44,758 bases of DNA. Origin: an uncultured Candidatus Saccharibacteria bacterium (GTDB lineage: Bacteria > Patescibacteriota > Minisyncoccia > Phycocordibacterales > Phycocordibacteraceae). Made by a program: the position numbers and the translations under genes. Shown in pieces: positions 32,513-42,657 of the stretch (positions within the stretch are counted from its first letter, which is position 1; each line of letters starts with the position of its first letter). The stretch is from NCBI GenBank assembly GCA_964455225.1, contig CAYVUT010000002.1, positions 1 to 44,758 of the forward strand, in the 5' to 3' direction. Under the pieces are notes generated by a model. That model was not told the origin of the DNA. It ran no database searches and saw nothing but the letters and a program-made list of their open reading frames with translations.

Positions 32513-33415
32513 TCAGTTGGCGGCGTTCTCGGGATAGATTTCCGGGTCGGTGTACGACAGCGACAAATCGTCCCAGTTCGTGTAGACCCAGTTATAGGTC
32601 GTACGTGCCTGGTCGTGATAGTGCTTCGTCTTCGACCAGGGCGACAGACGCTTCGCGGACTTCGCTTGGCACTCGACGATGCGAGCATTGGCCATGTTGT
32701 TGACCAATGTCACGCCGTTGCGCACCTCCGAGGGGCGGCCGAAGTTCTCACCCTTCACGAACGTGAGGTAGGACTTCTTCGGTCCCGGGCACTCGAGCTG
32801 CACCTCGAAGTAGGTGAGTGCGGTGCATTGGCTCGTGTCGAGCGTCACTTTCGTGATGCCTCCGCTGGTTTGCGCCGCGTTGAGCGAGCACTCGGTGGTA
32901 TCGCTTTGCGCGCGATAGCCGCGAATGAGCACGCGCCCCACGACCGTATCCATGACGTCTTCCATGACCGGCGGGGGGATGCTGCCACCGCCCCGGGGGT
33001 TCGGAAATGCCTGGGTGGTCGCACCGACTGCATTGTCGCGGTCCAGGTCGTTACCGCCCTGGATCGCGAGCAGGTCAGAGACGGTCGCGCCGTTCGCGTA
33101 CTCGAGGTAGCAGCCAAGCGCGGTGTAGCCAGCTTCTGCTGAGATGACGCTGATGAGGTCCTGGATCCAGCAATTCACGATCGAAATCGTCTTGCTGGGG
33201 CTCGGTGTGGGCGTCGGAGTCGCGGTGGCACCAGGTGTCGGCGTTGCCGTCGGCACCGGCGTCGGGCCCGGTGTGGGTGTCGCAGTTGCCGTGGGTGTTG
33301 GGGTCGGGGTTGCGGATCCGCCACTGTTGTTTCGATGCCGGCTGTCCTTGCTGCACGCGGCAGCGAGGGGCAGGGTGAGCGCGACCAGAATGGTCGTAAA
33401 GGCTTTTTTGAACAT
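32513..33415 (-). CDS. Lipoprotein with a Pro/Thr-rich linker and a Cys-rich C-terminal domain of unknown family
   Basis: ATG 33415, with AGGAG upstream. Signal plus lipobox LPLAAAC. The 39-aa linker begins TPTPTPTATATPTPGPTPV. A ~225-aa domain follows with 8 Cys. Confidence 0.8.
   Translation of the reverse strand: MFKKAFTTILVALTLPLAAACSKDSRHRNNSGGSATPTPTPTATATPTPGPTPVPTATPTPGATATPTPTPSPSKTISIVNCWIQDLISVISAEAGYTALGCYLEYANGATVSDLLAIQGGNDLDRDNAVGATTQAFPNPRGGGSIPPPVMEDVMDTVVGRVLIRGYRAQSDTTECSLNAAQTSGGITKVTLDTSQCTALTYFEVQLECPGPKKSYLTFVKGENFGRPSEVRNGVTLVNNMANARIVECQAKSAKRLSPWSKTKHYHDQARTTYNWVYTNWDDLSLSYTDPEIYPENAAN
33194..33310 (-). repeat. Low-complexity coding repeat (Thr-Pro linker)
   Basis: Codons 36-74 of the lipoprotein. 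On the + strand it reads as GGTGTSGGY-type repeats. Confidence 0.8.
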
Positions 33416-33556
33416 AACTCTCTCCTTGTGAAGAACTACATGCCCCAAGGGGCGGAATGCATACCAACGTACAGTTTATAGCATAAATATAGCTTTGTCA
33501 AGTGTCGCAAGGGCGCGCGTTCAGTTATAGTGCGGAAGCACTAATTTATTTTCACC

Positions 33557-33868
33557 ATGGCGAAATCAGAAAAGACTTTTTCTATCAAGCCGCTTGGCGA
33601 CCGAGTGGTCGTGAAGCCGGAATCGAAAGAGGAGAAGATGCTTCCGTCGGGCATCATCATCCCGGAATCGGCGGACAAAGAGAAGCCGATGAAGGGCAAG
33701 GTCGTCGCAGTGGGTGAGGGCAAGATAGATGACGGAAAGCGCGTGCCGCTTGAGGTGAAGGTCGGGCAGCACGTCCTTTTCTCGAAGTACGGCTACGACG
33801 AGGTCAAAATCGACGGCGAAGAGTATTACATCCTTTCCGAATCTTCTATCCTCGGAATTTTGGGCTAG
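33557..33868 (+). CDS. groES: Co-chaperonin GroES
   Basis: 103 aa. IKPLGDRVVVKP...GIIIPESA.EKP..G.VVAVG.G. Confidence 0.96.
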   Translation: MAKSEKTFSIKPLGDRVVVKPESKEEKMLPSGIIIPESADKEKPMKGKVVAVGEGKIDDGKRVPLEVKVGQHVLFSKYGYDEVKIDGEEYYILSESSILGILG

Positions 33869-33895
33869 CTAAAACTATCAGCTATAAACTACTAA

Positions 33896-35539
<1,644 letters not shown>

Positions 35540-35548
35540 GGAGCACAA

Positions 35549-35588
35549 TAAAAAACCGCCGACGCGATACGCGTCGGCGGTTTTTTAT
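35549..35588. terminator. Bidirectional terminator between groEL (+) and the histidine phosphatase gene (-)
   Basis: AAAAAACCGCCGACGCG-ATA-CGCGTCGGCGGTTTTTT. Confidence 0.75.
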
Positions 35589-36364
35589 TCGGTCGGCACT
35601 TCGTTGAATGCGACGATCGACCAGCCGTGCGTTCTTGAGAGCCAGCGTTTCCAGGGGCGGTATTCACAGATGGTGATGCCGCCATTGTCGGCAGGGTTGA
35701 AAAACGCAAGCTTCACATAATCGGGGGCATGCAGGTCTTCTCGATACAGTAAGTACGAGAGGAGCATCTTGAGGAAGATGCTGTGTGTCACGACGCAAAT
35801 GTTTCTCCCGCGTACGCCGCCAAGAAATGCCAGGCACTTCCGTGCACGCGTCTTCAGATCCGAAAAATTCTCTTCGTCGGAATAGCGGTAGGTGTCGTCG
35901 TGATAGGAAAGGTCCATCTGGTCGACGATCTCTTCAACCGTCCTGTCCTCGGCGGATTTGCCGATGATCTCGGACGGATTCCGGCGCTCGGCAAGGAGCG
36001 GGGAGTAGGAGATCGATACGCCCAGATACGAGTCGATGATGGCGGCAGTCTCGCGCGTGCGCTCATACGGGCTCGCGACGATTCGTTCTATGCGCGCGCC
36101 TCGCAGGTAAGTGCCCGCGGCACGCGCCTGTCGTTTGCCTGCTTCATCAAGGCCGCCCTCAGCCCCTTGGCGTATACGCTTCGCATTTAGGATCGTTCGG
36201 CCGTGACGGACGATATAGAACCGCTTAGTGCGCAGCAGGGAGAAAATGTATGCTACGCCACCCACGAAGGTGAGAAGGCCGAGAGCCACGAGCGTGACGA
36301 ATTGCGGGTCGCGCACGAGAAGAGGGAGCACCTGATCGACGAATATATAGAGCGAATCGTTCAT
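35585..36364 (-). CDS. Histidine phosphatase (phosphoglycerate-mutase-like) family protein with an N-terminal TM helix
   Basis: 259 aa with the FYIVRHGRTILN (RHG motif) and VVTHSIFLK motifs. Confidence 0.85.
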   Translation of the reverse strand: MNDSLYIFVDQVLPLLVRDPQFVTLVALGLLTFVGGVAYIFSLLRTKRFYIVRHGRTILNAKRIRQGAEGGLDEAGKRQARAAGTYLRGARIERIVASPYERTRETAAIIDSYLGVSISYSPLLAERRNPSEIIGKSAEDRTVEEIVDQMDLSYHDDTYRYSDEENFSDLKTRARKCLAFLGGVRGRNICVVTHSIFLKMLLSYLLYREDLHAPDYVKLAFFNPADNGGITICEYRPWKRWLSRTHGWSIVAFNEVPTE

Positions 36365-36372
36365 GTGGGTCA

Positions 36373-36413
36373 GTATACCCCGTAGTAGAGCTCAGCTTCA
36401 CTACGGGGTATAC
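36373..36413. promoter_or_regulatory. Perfect 14-bp hairpin in the divergent intergenic region
   Basis: GTATACCCCGTAGT (36373-86), 13-nt loop, ACTACGGGGTATAC (36400-13). Followed by CTCCA-TAGC-TGGAG and the palindrome CGGCGCGGCCGCGCCG upstream of the DUF378 gene. Confidence 0.4.
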
Positions 36414-36515
36414 CGAAGAAAAAGATATGCACAGGGCACCTCCATAGCTGGAGAGAACGGGTACATACTTATGGTGCGGCGCGGCCGCGCCGTAATTTAC
36501 CCATCTTTCAAGCGC

Positions 36516-36761
36516 ATGAAAGCACTACACATGGTTTCGTTTGTTCTCGTCGTCGTCGGCGGTCTTAACTGGGGACTCGTCGGTCTTGGCGACTGGAACG
36601 TCGTTAATATGATCGTCGGTTCGTGGCCGATCGTTGAGCGAATCGTTTATATCCTCGTCGGTCTCTCTGCAGTCGCTCTGCTCGTTACCCACAAGGGTGA
36701 CTGCAAGATGTGCGAATCCGGTGCGATGTCTTCAGGGATGGGCATGTCTCAGAAGATGTAA
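36516..36761 (+). CDS. DUF378-family small membrane protein
   Basis: ATG 36516 lies inside ORF 36363..36761. VLVVVGGLNWGLVGL...NVVNMI is the DUF378 signature. Confidence 0.8.
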   Translation: MKALHMVSFVLVVVGGLNWGLVGLGDWNVVNMIVGSWPIVERIVYILVGLSAVALLVTHKGDCKMCESGAMSSGMGMSQKM

Positions 36762-36791
36762 GATCCGTTTTCCCACGTTTCGTTCGAACGC

Positions 36792-36819
36792 AAAAACCGG
36801 CGCCTTGGCGCCGGTTTTT
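36792..36819 (+). terminator. Hairpin terminator after the DUF378 gene
   Basis: AAAAACCGGCGCC/GGCGCCGGTTTTT. Confidence 0.7.
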
Positions 36820-36930
36820 GTATGGAGGAGATACGGGGGATTCGGTCACAAATAATCTGCTCGCCGCCGCTCGCAGATTTTCGCGACCCCGGCTCGGTTG
36901 TTTTGTCTGCTGACAAAACAACCTGCGCCT

Positions 36931-37016
36931 TTCGAATCCCTCCCCATCGCGCAAAATATAATCGCCGGGGACTTTCGTCCCCAGCTCATTATTTTGCGGA
37001 TGGGGAGGGATTCGAA
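36931..37016. repeat. Inverted repeat formed by the tRNA-Ser 3' half plus trailer and an inverted partial copy
   Basis: TTCGAATCCCTCCCCATCGCGCAAAATATAAT (36931-62) pairs with ATTATTTTGCGGATGGGGAGGGATTCGAA (36988-37016). The GGGGAC-TTTC-GTCCCC hairpin (36967-82) lies in the loop. Confidence 0.8.
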
Positions 37017-37087
37017 CCCTCGATACGGTTATTACGCCGTATAGCGAGTTAGCAACCCGCCGCACTAGGCCTCTATGCGACCCATCC
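36997..37087 (-). tRNA. tRNA-Ser (anticodon GCU), class II with a long variable arm; no encoded CCA
   Basis: Minus strand reads GGATGGG-TC-GCA..TGC-G-GCGGG-TTGCTAA-CTCGC, a 22-nt variable arm, GAGGG-TTCGAAT-CCCTC-CCCATCC-G. Cloverleaf folded by hand. Confidence 0.88.
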
Positions 37088-37109
37088 AGTACCAAGGACT
37101 TTATCAAAC

Positions 37110-37721
37110 TTAATGCGCGAGCGCGATAGGAAGAATATGAACGGCTCCGGCTGCGCGGAGCGCGTCGATGGCTGCTTGCATGGTTGCGCCGGTCGTAGTG
37201 ACGTCATCGATCACGATATGGAGCGCGTGAGGCGAGCGCGGGCCTGCCGCGCAGAATGCGCCCCGCATATTCGTACGCCGTGCTTCACGTGCAAGTGAGA
37301 TCTGCGAATCCGTTTCCCGGGTTCGCCTGAGCGCATGCGCCTCGATGGCGATGCTGAGCTTGGTTCCGGCGCGCCGCGCGAGCTCCTCGGCCTGATTGTA
37401 TCCGCGCTCTCGGAAGCGTCGTGTCCCGATGGGAACTGGTATGAGGACTGCGTGCGTAAGCGGTTCGTCCGAATCGTTCAGATAGGTGGAGAGCGTTTCT
37501 GCTAAGAGCGCGAACGACTCATCCGTCCCGTGGTACTTGGCTTCATGTATGACGGAGCGTACCTGTGCATGGCGAAACGGAAGGAGCGCAGTCGTTCCTG
37601 GGTCTGTGTAGGGGGAGAGTGTTGGCGAAAGAAGCGATAGAAATTCATCAACAGAGACGTTCTTTGCTATACGTTCGTCGCCGCGCGTCGGAAAGAGGAA
37701 ATCGAGAAACGAAAGACGCAT
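37110..37721 (-). CDS. comFC: ComF family protein (ComFC-type phosphoribosyltransferase)
   Basis: 203 aa with RGYNQAEELAR and the PRT motif HIVIDDVTTTGATM. Confidence 0.88.
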   Translation of the reverse strand: MRLSFLDFLFPTRGDERIAKNVSVDEFLSLLSPTLSPYTDPGTTALLPFRHAQVRSVIHEAKYHGTDESFALLAETLSTYLNDSDEPLTHAVLIPVPIGTRRFRERGYNQAEELARRAGTKLSIAIEAHALRRTRETDSQISLAREARRTNMRGAFCAAGPRSPHALHIVIDDVTTTGATMQAAIDALRAAGAVHILPIALAH

Positions 37722-37743
37722 GCGCGTATGGTACTATGACCGC

Positions 37744-38832
37744 ATGTCATTCTTCGATAGTCTTTTTCAGAAAAAAGAACGAAGCGTGCTCGGAGTCGAC
37801 ATTGGCTCCTCATCGCTCAAGGTAGTACAGCTGCGGCGGGAGAAGGGAAAGGCGATCCTTGAGACGTATGGCGAGCTCGCGCTCGGCCCTTACGGCGGTG
37901 CGGCGGTCGGGCAGGCGACGAATCTGCCCGCAGAGCAGATCGCGCTTACGCTCAAAGACCTTATTCGCGAAGCGAAGATCACTACGACGGCCGCAGGCGT
38001 TTCGATTCCGTTCGCACGCTCGCTTCTCACGCTCGTGCGCTTGCCTAAGCGCGATAATGCCGAAGAGCAGAAGACGATCATCGAGCTTGAAGCGCGTAAA
38101 TACGTCCCGATACCGCTTTCCGAAGTGCAGCTTGACTGGTTCATCGTTCCCGAAAGCGAATCCAAGGGTGCGGGAGAGGCGAAGAAGGATGAACAACAGA
38201 CGGTTGACGTGCTTCTCGTTGCCGTCCATAACGACGAGCTTACGCTTCTGCAGCAGGCGGTGACCGGCGCAGGACTCACGGCAAGCTTCTATGAGATAGA
38301 GATATTCAGTACCATCCGCGCGGCTGCGCTTGACCCGGTGAAGCCGGCAATGGTGCTTGATATCGGCGCAGCAACGACGAAGGTGTATATCGTCGAGCAT
38401 GGCGTCGTGCAGATCTCGCACTCGATCACGACCGGAAGCCAGGACATCACGCGTGCGATCGCCGCTGCAGGGAATCTTCCTATCGCCCGAGCCGAGGCTC
38501 TCAAGAAACAGGCTGGATTCGAAGAGTCTGGCGGACAGCGCGGATCGCTCGAGCTCGTATTCGAGCGCATCTTCTCCGAGGCGCGCCGCGTCATTTTGCA
38601 GTACGAGACAGCCCACGAGCGCACCATCACTGAGATCGTGCTCACTGGAGGGGGTGGCGTGACCAAAGAGCTCGGTACGCACGCACAGCAGGCATTCTCG
38701 ATTCCTGTCCGTGTTGCTGATCCGTTTGCAAAGACGGAGGCGCCCGCATTCATGCGCCCCGTGCTCCAAGAGATCGGTCCTGAATTCGCTGTCGCCGTCG
38801 GACTCGCGCTCCGCAAACTCGACGAGGCATAA
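37744..38832 (+). CDS. pilM: Type IV pilus assembly protein PilM (actin-like ATPase fold)
   Basis: ATG 37744 lies inside ORF 37720..38832. VLGVDIGSSSLKVVQL...LDIGAATTKVYIV...LTGGG. Confidence 0.88.
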   Translation: MSFFDSLFQKKERSVLGVDIGSSSLKVVQLRREKGKAILETYGELALGPYGGAAVGQATNLPAEQIALTLKDLIREAKITTTAAGVSIPFARSLLTLVRLPKRDNAEEQKTIIELEARKYVPIPLSEVQLDWFIVPESESKGAGEAKKDEQQTVDVLLVAVHNDELTLLQQAVTGAGLTASFYEIEIFSTIRAAALDPVKPAMVLDIGAATTKVYIVEHGVVQISHSITTGSQDITRAIAAAGNLPIARAEALKKQAGFEESGGQRGSLELVFERIFSEARRVILQYETAHERTITEIVLTGGGGVTKELGTHAQQAFSIPVRVADPFAKTEAPAFMRPVLQEIGPEFAVAVGLALRKLDEA

Positions 38833-38924
38833 AAAGAAAGCGTGTATTTCCAAAGTTGTGCACAGGAGAATCCTGTACGCATCGTGCGCACGTCGTATAC
38901 TGAAAAGGAAATCAGGAACTTTCC

Positions 38925-39554
38925 ATGGCTGTCCCTCCAACCATTCCCACCTCATTCGTTCCGCACACGGGACCCGAGGCGCGTCGTCCAGCGGGGGACT
39001 TCGCGGGCGCCTTCGGTTTCTTCGCCTACTTCGTCTTTGCGCTCGCCGCATTCTCTGCGGTTGCAGTATTCGGTTACGAACGTTTCCTGGCTGCTAAGCG
39101 CGTGCAGACAGACGAAGAGTTACAGCAGGCAGCACGTGCGCTTGATCCTCAGACTGTAAGCGCGATCGTGCGATTGCGTGACCGGCTGCTCTCTGCGGAG
39201 ACGTTACTGAACGAACACATCGTCCTCTCGCGTTTCTTTGCCGCGCTTGAGACATCGCTCCCGACGAACGTGCGTTTCACAAAACTTCGGATCGTCACTG
39301 AAGATGATGGGCGTACGGTCCTTTCCGCATCGGGTGTTGCACAGACATTCAATGCGCTTGCGGCAACCTCTGATGCATTTGCTCAGGATGGTCGCATCAA
39401 GAACGCCATTTTTTCTGGCATAAGCGTGGTCGAGGGTAAGGGCATCGCATTCTCGCTCACCGCCGTGCTCGATCCGGAACTCGTTGCCTTCTCTGTTCTC
39501 GCGCCAGCGCCAGAGAACGTATCGACAGAAGAGGGTAATATCACTACGCCATGA
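38925..39554 (+). CDS. pilN: PilN-like bitopic pilus alignment protein
   Basis: 209 aa with one TM helix (aa ~27-50), then a coiled-coil/ferredoxin-like region. Lies in the expected position after pilM. Confidence 0.6.
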   Translation: MAVPPTIPTSFVPHTGPEARRPAGDFAGAFGFFAYFVFALAAFSAVAVFGYERFLAAKRVQTDEELQQAARALDPQTVSAIVRLRDRLLSAETLLNEHIVLSRFFAALETSLPTNVRFTKLRIVTEDDGRTVLSASGVAQTFNALAATSDAFAQDGRIKNAIFSGISVVEGKGIAFSLTAVLDPELVAFSVLAPAPENVSTEEGNITTP

Positions 39555-40096
39555 GAAGCCGACTCCTTCCCGTACTCGCGATCCTGCTTTCGCTCGTTAT
39601 CTTCTTCGGCTACACGAAGCTGATTTACGAGGGCTCGGTTGCAGAGCATCGAAGCGCGATAGCTTCGAACGAGCAGGCGCTTGCGGCCGCTGCAGATTAC
39701 CGTGCGCGCGCCAACGAGCTTGAGGCAGAGCGTGCCGCTATGGATCCAGAGGCGCTTGCGCGACTTGAGCGCATCCTTCCGGATTCCGTGAACAATGTGC
39801 GGACCATCCTCGATCTTGATGCGCTTGCACGAAGTTCGGGCATCGCTCTTGCTTCGATCGATGTATCGCAGGAGAGTGCTGAACAGGCGAGCGAAGAAGA
39901 GGTGGCGAACCAGGAACCGGTGGCTTCAGTCAACCTCTCGCTCTCCGGCAAGGGAACATATGAGGCATTCAAGAGTTTCCTGGCGCAGATTGAACGAAGT
40001 GAGCGCCTATTAGACATTATCGAACTTGCGGTCGATGCGTCCGATACAAATGTCTATTCTTATCAGATGACCGCACGTCTCTACTGGCTTCGCTGA
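39551..40096 (+). CDS. pilO: PilO-like pilus alignment protein
   Basis: 181 aa with an N-terminal TM helix, a coiled coil and a C-terminal GKGTYEAFKSFLAQIERSERLLDI typical of PilO. Overlaps pilN by 4 nt. Confidence 0.65.
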   Translation: MRSRLLPVLAILLSLVIFFGYTKLIYEGSVAEHRSAIASNEQALAAAADYRARANELEAERAAMDPEALARLERILPDSVNNVRTILDLDALARSSGIALASIDVSQESAEQASEEEVANQEPVASVNLSLSGKGTYEAFKSFLAQIERSERLLDIIELAVDASDTNVYSYQMTARLYWLR

Positions 40097-40100
40097 TACC

Positions 40101-40406
40101 ATGAAATTTACACTCGACAATCTCAAGTTCATCATCGCGGCAGTAGTAGTTGCCCTTGGTCTAGGGTGGTATTTCCTATCTGGGTCACAAGAGGAAGATC
40201 CATCACTTGAACCGCTCTCATTCACGGCACCGCTCGAGACTCGGTTCCTTGAGCTCACGAGTGAGCTCTCGATTCGGTTCGACACAACAGTTTTCAATAA
40301 CCCGCGCTTCACGGCGCTTACCGACCTCACCACGCCGCTTGCGCCTGAGTCGGTAGGACACACCGACCCGTTCACGTTTGCGCCGATACCTGCTACGGCC
40401 CAGTAG
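40101..40406 (+). CDS. Hypothetical bitopic membrane protein in the pilus cluster, 101 aa
   Basis: One TM helix (IIAAVVVALGLGWYFL). Lies between pilO and pilB. No family recognised. Confidence 0.55.
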   Translation: MKFTLDNLKFIIAAVVVALGLGWYFLSGSQEEDPSLEPLSFTAPLETRFLELTSELSIRFDTTVFNNPRFTALTDLTTPLAPESVGHTDPFTFAPIPATAQ

Positions 40407-40456
40407 TTTTGTAGTGCACGGTGAGCGGGCGCTCGGGTATACTGATACATGCGACG

Positions 40457-42232
40457 ATGAACTTTCTTGCGACCCTCACTGACAAAAAGATTCTTTCACC
40501 GAGCGATCGCGCGGCCGTAGAAGCTGATATCGCGAAGAAACAGACGCTCAGAGAGGCGCTTAAAAACCGCGGCATCGCGCTTGAGGATGCGCTTGCTGCG
40601 GTGGCAAGCGACTACGGGATACCGGGCCGCGTGCTGCCTGATCCCCCGGTCGAGCATGACGTGCTTTCCTACATTCCGTTTGAATCCGCGAAGCACTACG
40701 GATTCGTACCGCTCGCTGCGGTCGATGGCGCGCTTGAGATCGGTATCGTCGATCCTGACAACATCGAGGCGATGGATGCGCTCCAGTTCATCAGTGGGAA
40801 AATCGGCTTGCCGTACAAGGTGATGCTCATCACCAAAGAAGATTTTGATCGCGTACTTGAGTCGTATCAGAACCTCTCAGGAGAAGTGGGGAAGGCACTT
40901 TCAGAATTTGAGACCGCAGTGACTGCTCCAGTGTCAGCTGGATCGGGCCAATCAAAACCAATAGCAACCGGACTTCCTGAGGATGAGACGCTCGATCTCG
41001 TGGGTCGTTCGGAGACGCTTAAGGAAGATGCACCGGTCACGAAGATCGTTTCGACCATCCTGCGCTACGCGATCGAAGGGAAGGCATCCGACATCCATGT
41101 CGAACCGTCGCCCACTAAGACGCGCGTGCGTTTTCGCGTCGACGGGTCGCTTCATACCTCCATCGAGCTTCCCGTGAAAGTACATGACGCGGTCGTTGCG
41201 CGTATCAAGATCCTTTCGCAGTTGCGGCTCGATGAGAAGCGCAAGCCTCAGGACGGTCGATTCTCAGCAATGGTAGAGAAGCGGCGTATCGATTTCCGTG
41301 TCTCAACATTCCCGACTGAATATGGCGAGAAGGTGGTGATGCGTATTCTCGATCAATCGCAGACCACGGCGACTCTGGAGTCAGTCGGGCTTCGCGAGAA
41401 ATACCTCGACATGGTGCGCGAATTTATCAAAGCTCCGTACGGCATCGTGCTTATCGCTGGACCCACTGGTTCCGGAAAATCGACGACGCTCTTTGCCATG
41501 TTGTCCGAACTCGACCGGGAGACGGCGAACGTCGTGTCGCTTGAAGATCCGATCGAGTATCGGGTCCCTGGGGTGTCTCAAAGCCAGGTGAAGCCGGAAA
41601 TCGGCTACACGTTCGCCTCGGGACTGCGCTCCATCCTCCGTCAGGACCCAGACGTGATCATGGTGGGCGAGATACGCGACAAGGAGACGGCGGCGCTCGC
41701 TATCCAGGCAGCGCTCACCGGCCACCTGGTCTTTTCGACGATCCACACCAACACTGCAACCGGCGCGATCCCGCGCCTCATCGATATGGGCGTCGACCCC
41801 TACCTCATCGCGCCGACCCTGATCGCGGTCATCGGCCAGCGTCTCGTACGACGGTTGTGTCCTGGCGCCGGAAAGGCGGTGCCGGTGAGTGAGAGCATGC
41901 GCGCACTGCTTGAGCGACAGTTTGCGACGCTCCCGGAAGAGAAACGAAAGAAGTTGCCACCCTTTAAGAACTTCTATCGTGCGACACCGACAGAAGAGTG
42001 TCCGAACGGCGTGCGCGGACGCCTCGGCGTGTTCGAGGTCTTGGAGATTACGCCGAAGATAGAAAAGACCATCCTTACGGAGCCGATCGAAGAGAAGCTC
42101 TATCAGGCGGCGCGTGCAGAGGGCATGCTGACCATTCAAGAAGATGCCATCGTGCGTGCGCTTGAGGGCGAGATTCCGTTCACGGAAATCAACACGCTCG
42201 GCGAAGGACTTTTCCCCGAAGAAGAACGTTGA
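40457..42232 (+). CDS. pilB: Type IV pilus assembly ATPase PilB (GspE family)
   Basis: ATG 40457 lies inside ORF 40421..42232. Walker A GPTGSGKSTT, Asp box, ILRQDPDVIMVGEIRD, and a CxxC-less tetracysteine region replaced by single Cys residues. Confidence 0.93.
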   Translation: MNFLATLTDKKILSPSDRAAVEADIAKKQTLREALKNRGIALEDALAAVASDYGIPGRVLPDPPVEHDVLSYIPFESAKHYGFVPLAAVDGALEIGIVDPDNIEAMDALQFISGKIGLPYKVMLITKEDFDRVLESYQNLSGEVGKALSEFETAVTAPVSAGSGQSKPIATGLPEDETLDLVGRSETLKEDAPVTKIVSTILRYAIEGKASDIHVEPSPTKTRVRFRVDGSLHTSIELPVKVHDAVVARIKILSQLRLDEKRKPQDGRFSAMVEKRRIDFRVSTFPTEYGEKVVMRILDQSQTTATLESVGLREKYLDMVREFIKAPYGIVLIAGPTGSGKSTTLFAMLSELDRETANVVSLEDPIEYRVPGVSQSQVKPEIGYTFASGLRSILRQDPDVIMVGEIRDKETAALAIQAALTGHLVFSTIHTNTATGAIPRLIDMGVDPYLIAPTLIAVIGQRLVRRLCPGAGKAVPVSESMRALLERQFATLPEEKRKKLPPFKNFYRATPTEECPNGVRGRLGVFEVLEITPKIEKTILTEPIEEKLYQAARAEGMLTIQEDAIVRALEGEIPFTEINTLGEGLFPEEER

Positions 42233-42261
42233 CCGATAGCGGAGCGTAGTACAATCACTGT

Positions 42262-42657
42262 ATGGCCTATCGCATCTACCTTACTGACGACGACCGCTTC
42301 CTCATCGATCTATACGCGGTGAAGTTCAAGACCGCCGGACATACCACCACCTCCTTCTTCGGAGGAGAGGATTTGCTTGCGGCGCTTCGGAAGGGCGATC
42401 CCGATCCGGACGCGCTCCTCCTTGATGTCATCATGCCGGGCATGGACGGATTTGCGACACTTGAGACCATACGAAAAGAGCGTCTTGCGAAGGGGAGTCG
42501 GATCATCATGCTGACGAATCAGGGGCAGGAGTCAGACATCGAGAAGGCGCGTTCGCTCGGTGTTGATGGCTACATCGTCAAGGCATCGGCGATACCTTCC
42601 GAGGTTCTTGCCGAAACCGTGCGTATTATTGAAAACGGTGCACCAAAAAACGCATGA
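42262..42657 (+). CDS. Stand-alone response-regulator receiver domain (CheY/PilH-like)
   Basis: 131 aa. Acidic pocket DDD (aa 9-11), phospho-acceptor context LLLDVIMPGMDG, T in MLTN, K in GYIVKA. No output domain. Confidence 0.88.
   Translation: MAYRIYLTDDDRFLIDLYAVKFKTAGHTTTSFFGGEDLLAALRKGDPDPDALLLDVIMPGMDGFATLETIRKERLAKGSRIIMLTNQGQESDIEKARSLGVDGYIVKASAIPSEVLAETVRIIENGAPKNA

Noticed and set aside
33194-33310. Repetitive GC-rich stretch examined as a possible non-coding tandem repeat or CRISPR-like array
   Set aside because: It is in frame within the lipoprotein gene and encodes a Thr-Pro linker. It has no spacer-repeat periodicity. No CRISPR array was seen anywhere in the window.
33525-33545. 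Inverted repeat TTATAGTGC-GGAA-GCACTAAT upstream of groES, considered as a CIRCE (HrcA) operator
   Set aside because: CIRCE is TTAGCACTC-N9-GAGTGCTAA. Here the half-sites are in the opposite order, the spacer is 4 nt, and only a 6-7 bp stem forms. It may still be an operator, but it is not canonical CIRCE.
36931-36948. 18-nt copy of the tRNA-Ser 3' end, considered as an attL/attR scar of an integrated element
   Set aside because: The copy is inverted relative to the tRNA and only ~50 nt away, and no integrase or island lies between or beside the two. Integrase-generated att repeats are direct.
37810-39051. 413-aa minus-strand ORF
   Set aside because: It is antisense to pilM and pilN, Arg-rich and without domain signatures. 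The same applies to 2119..3090(-), 21357..22301(-), 21847..22932(-), 28897..30132(+), 32177..33142(+), 35039..35548(-), 41381..42139(-) and 43722..44693(-).
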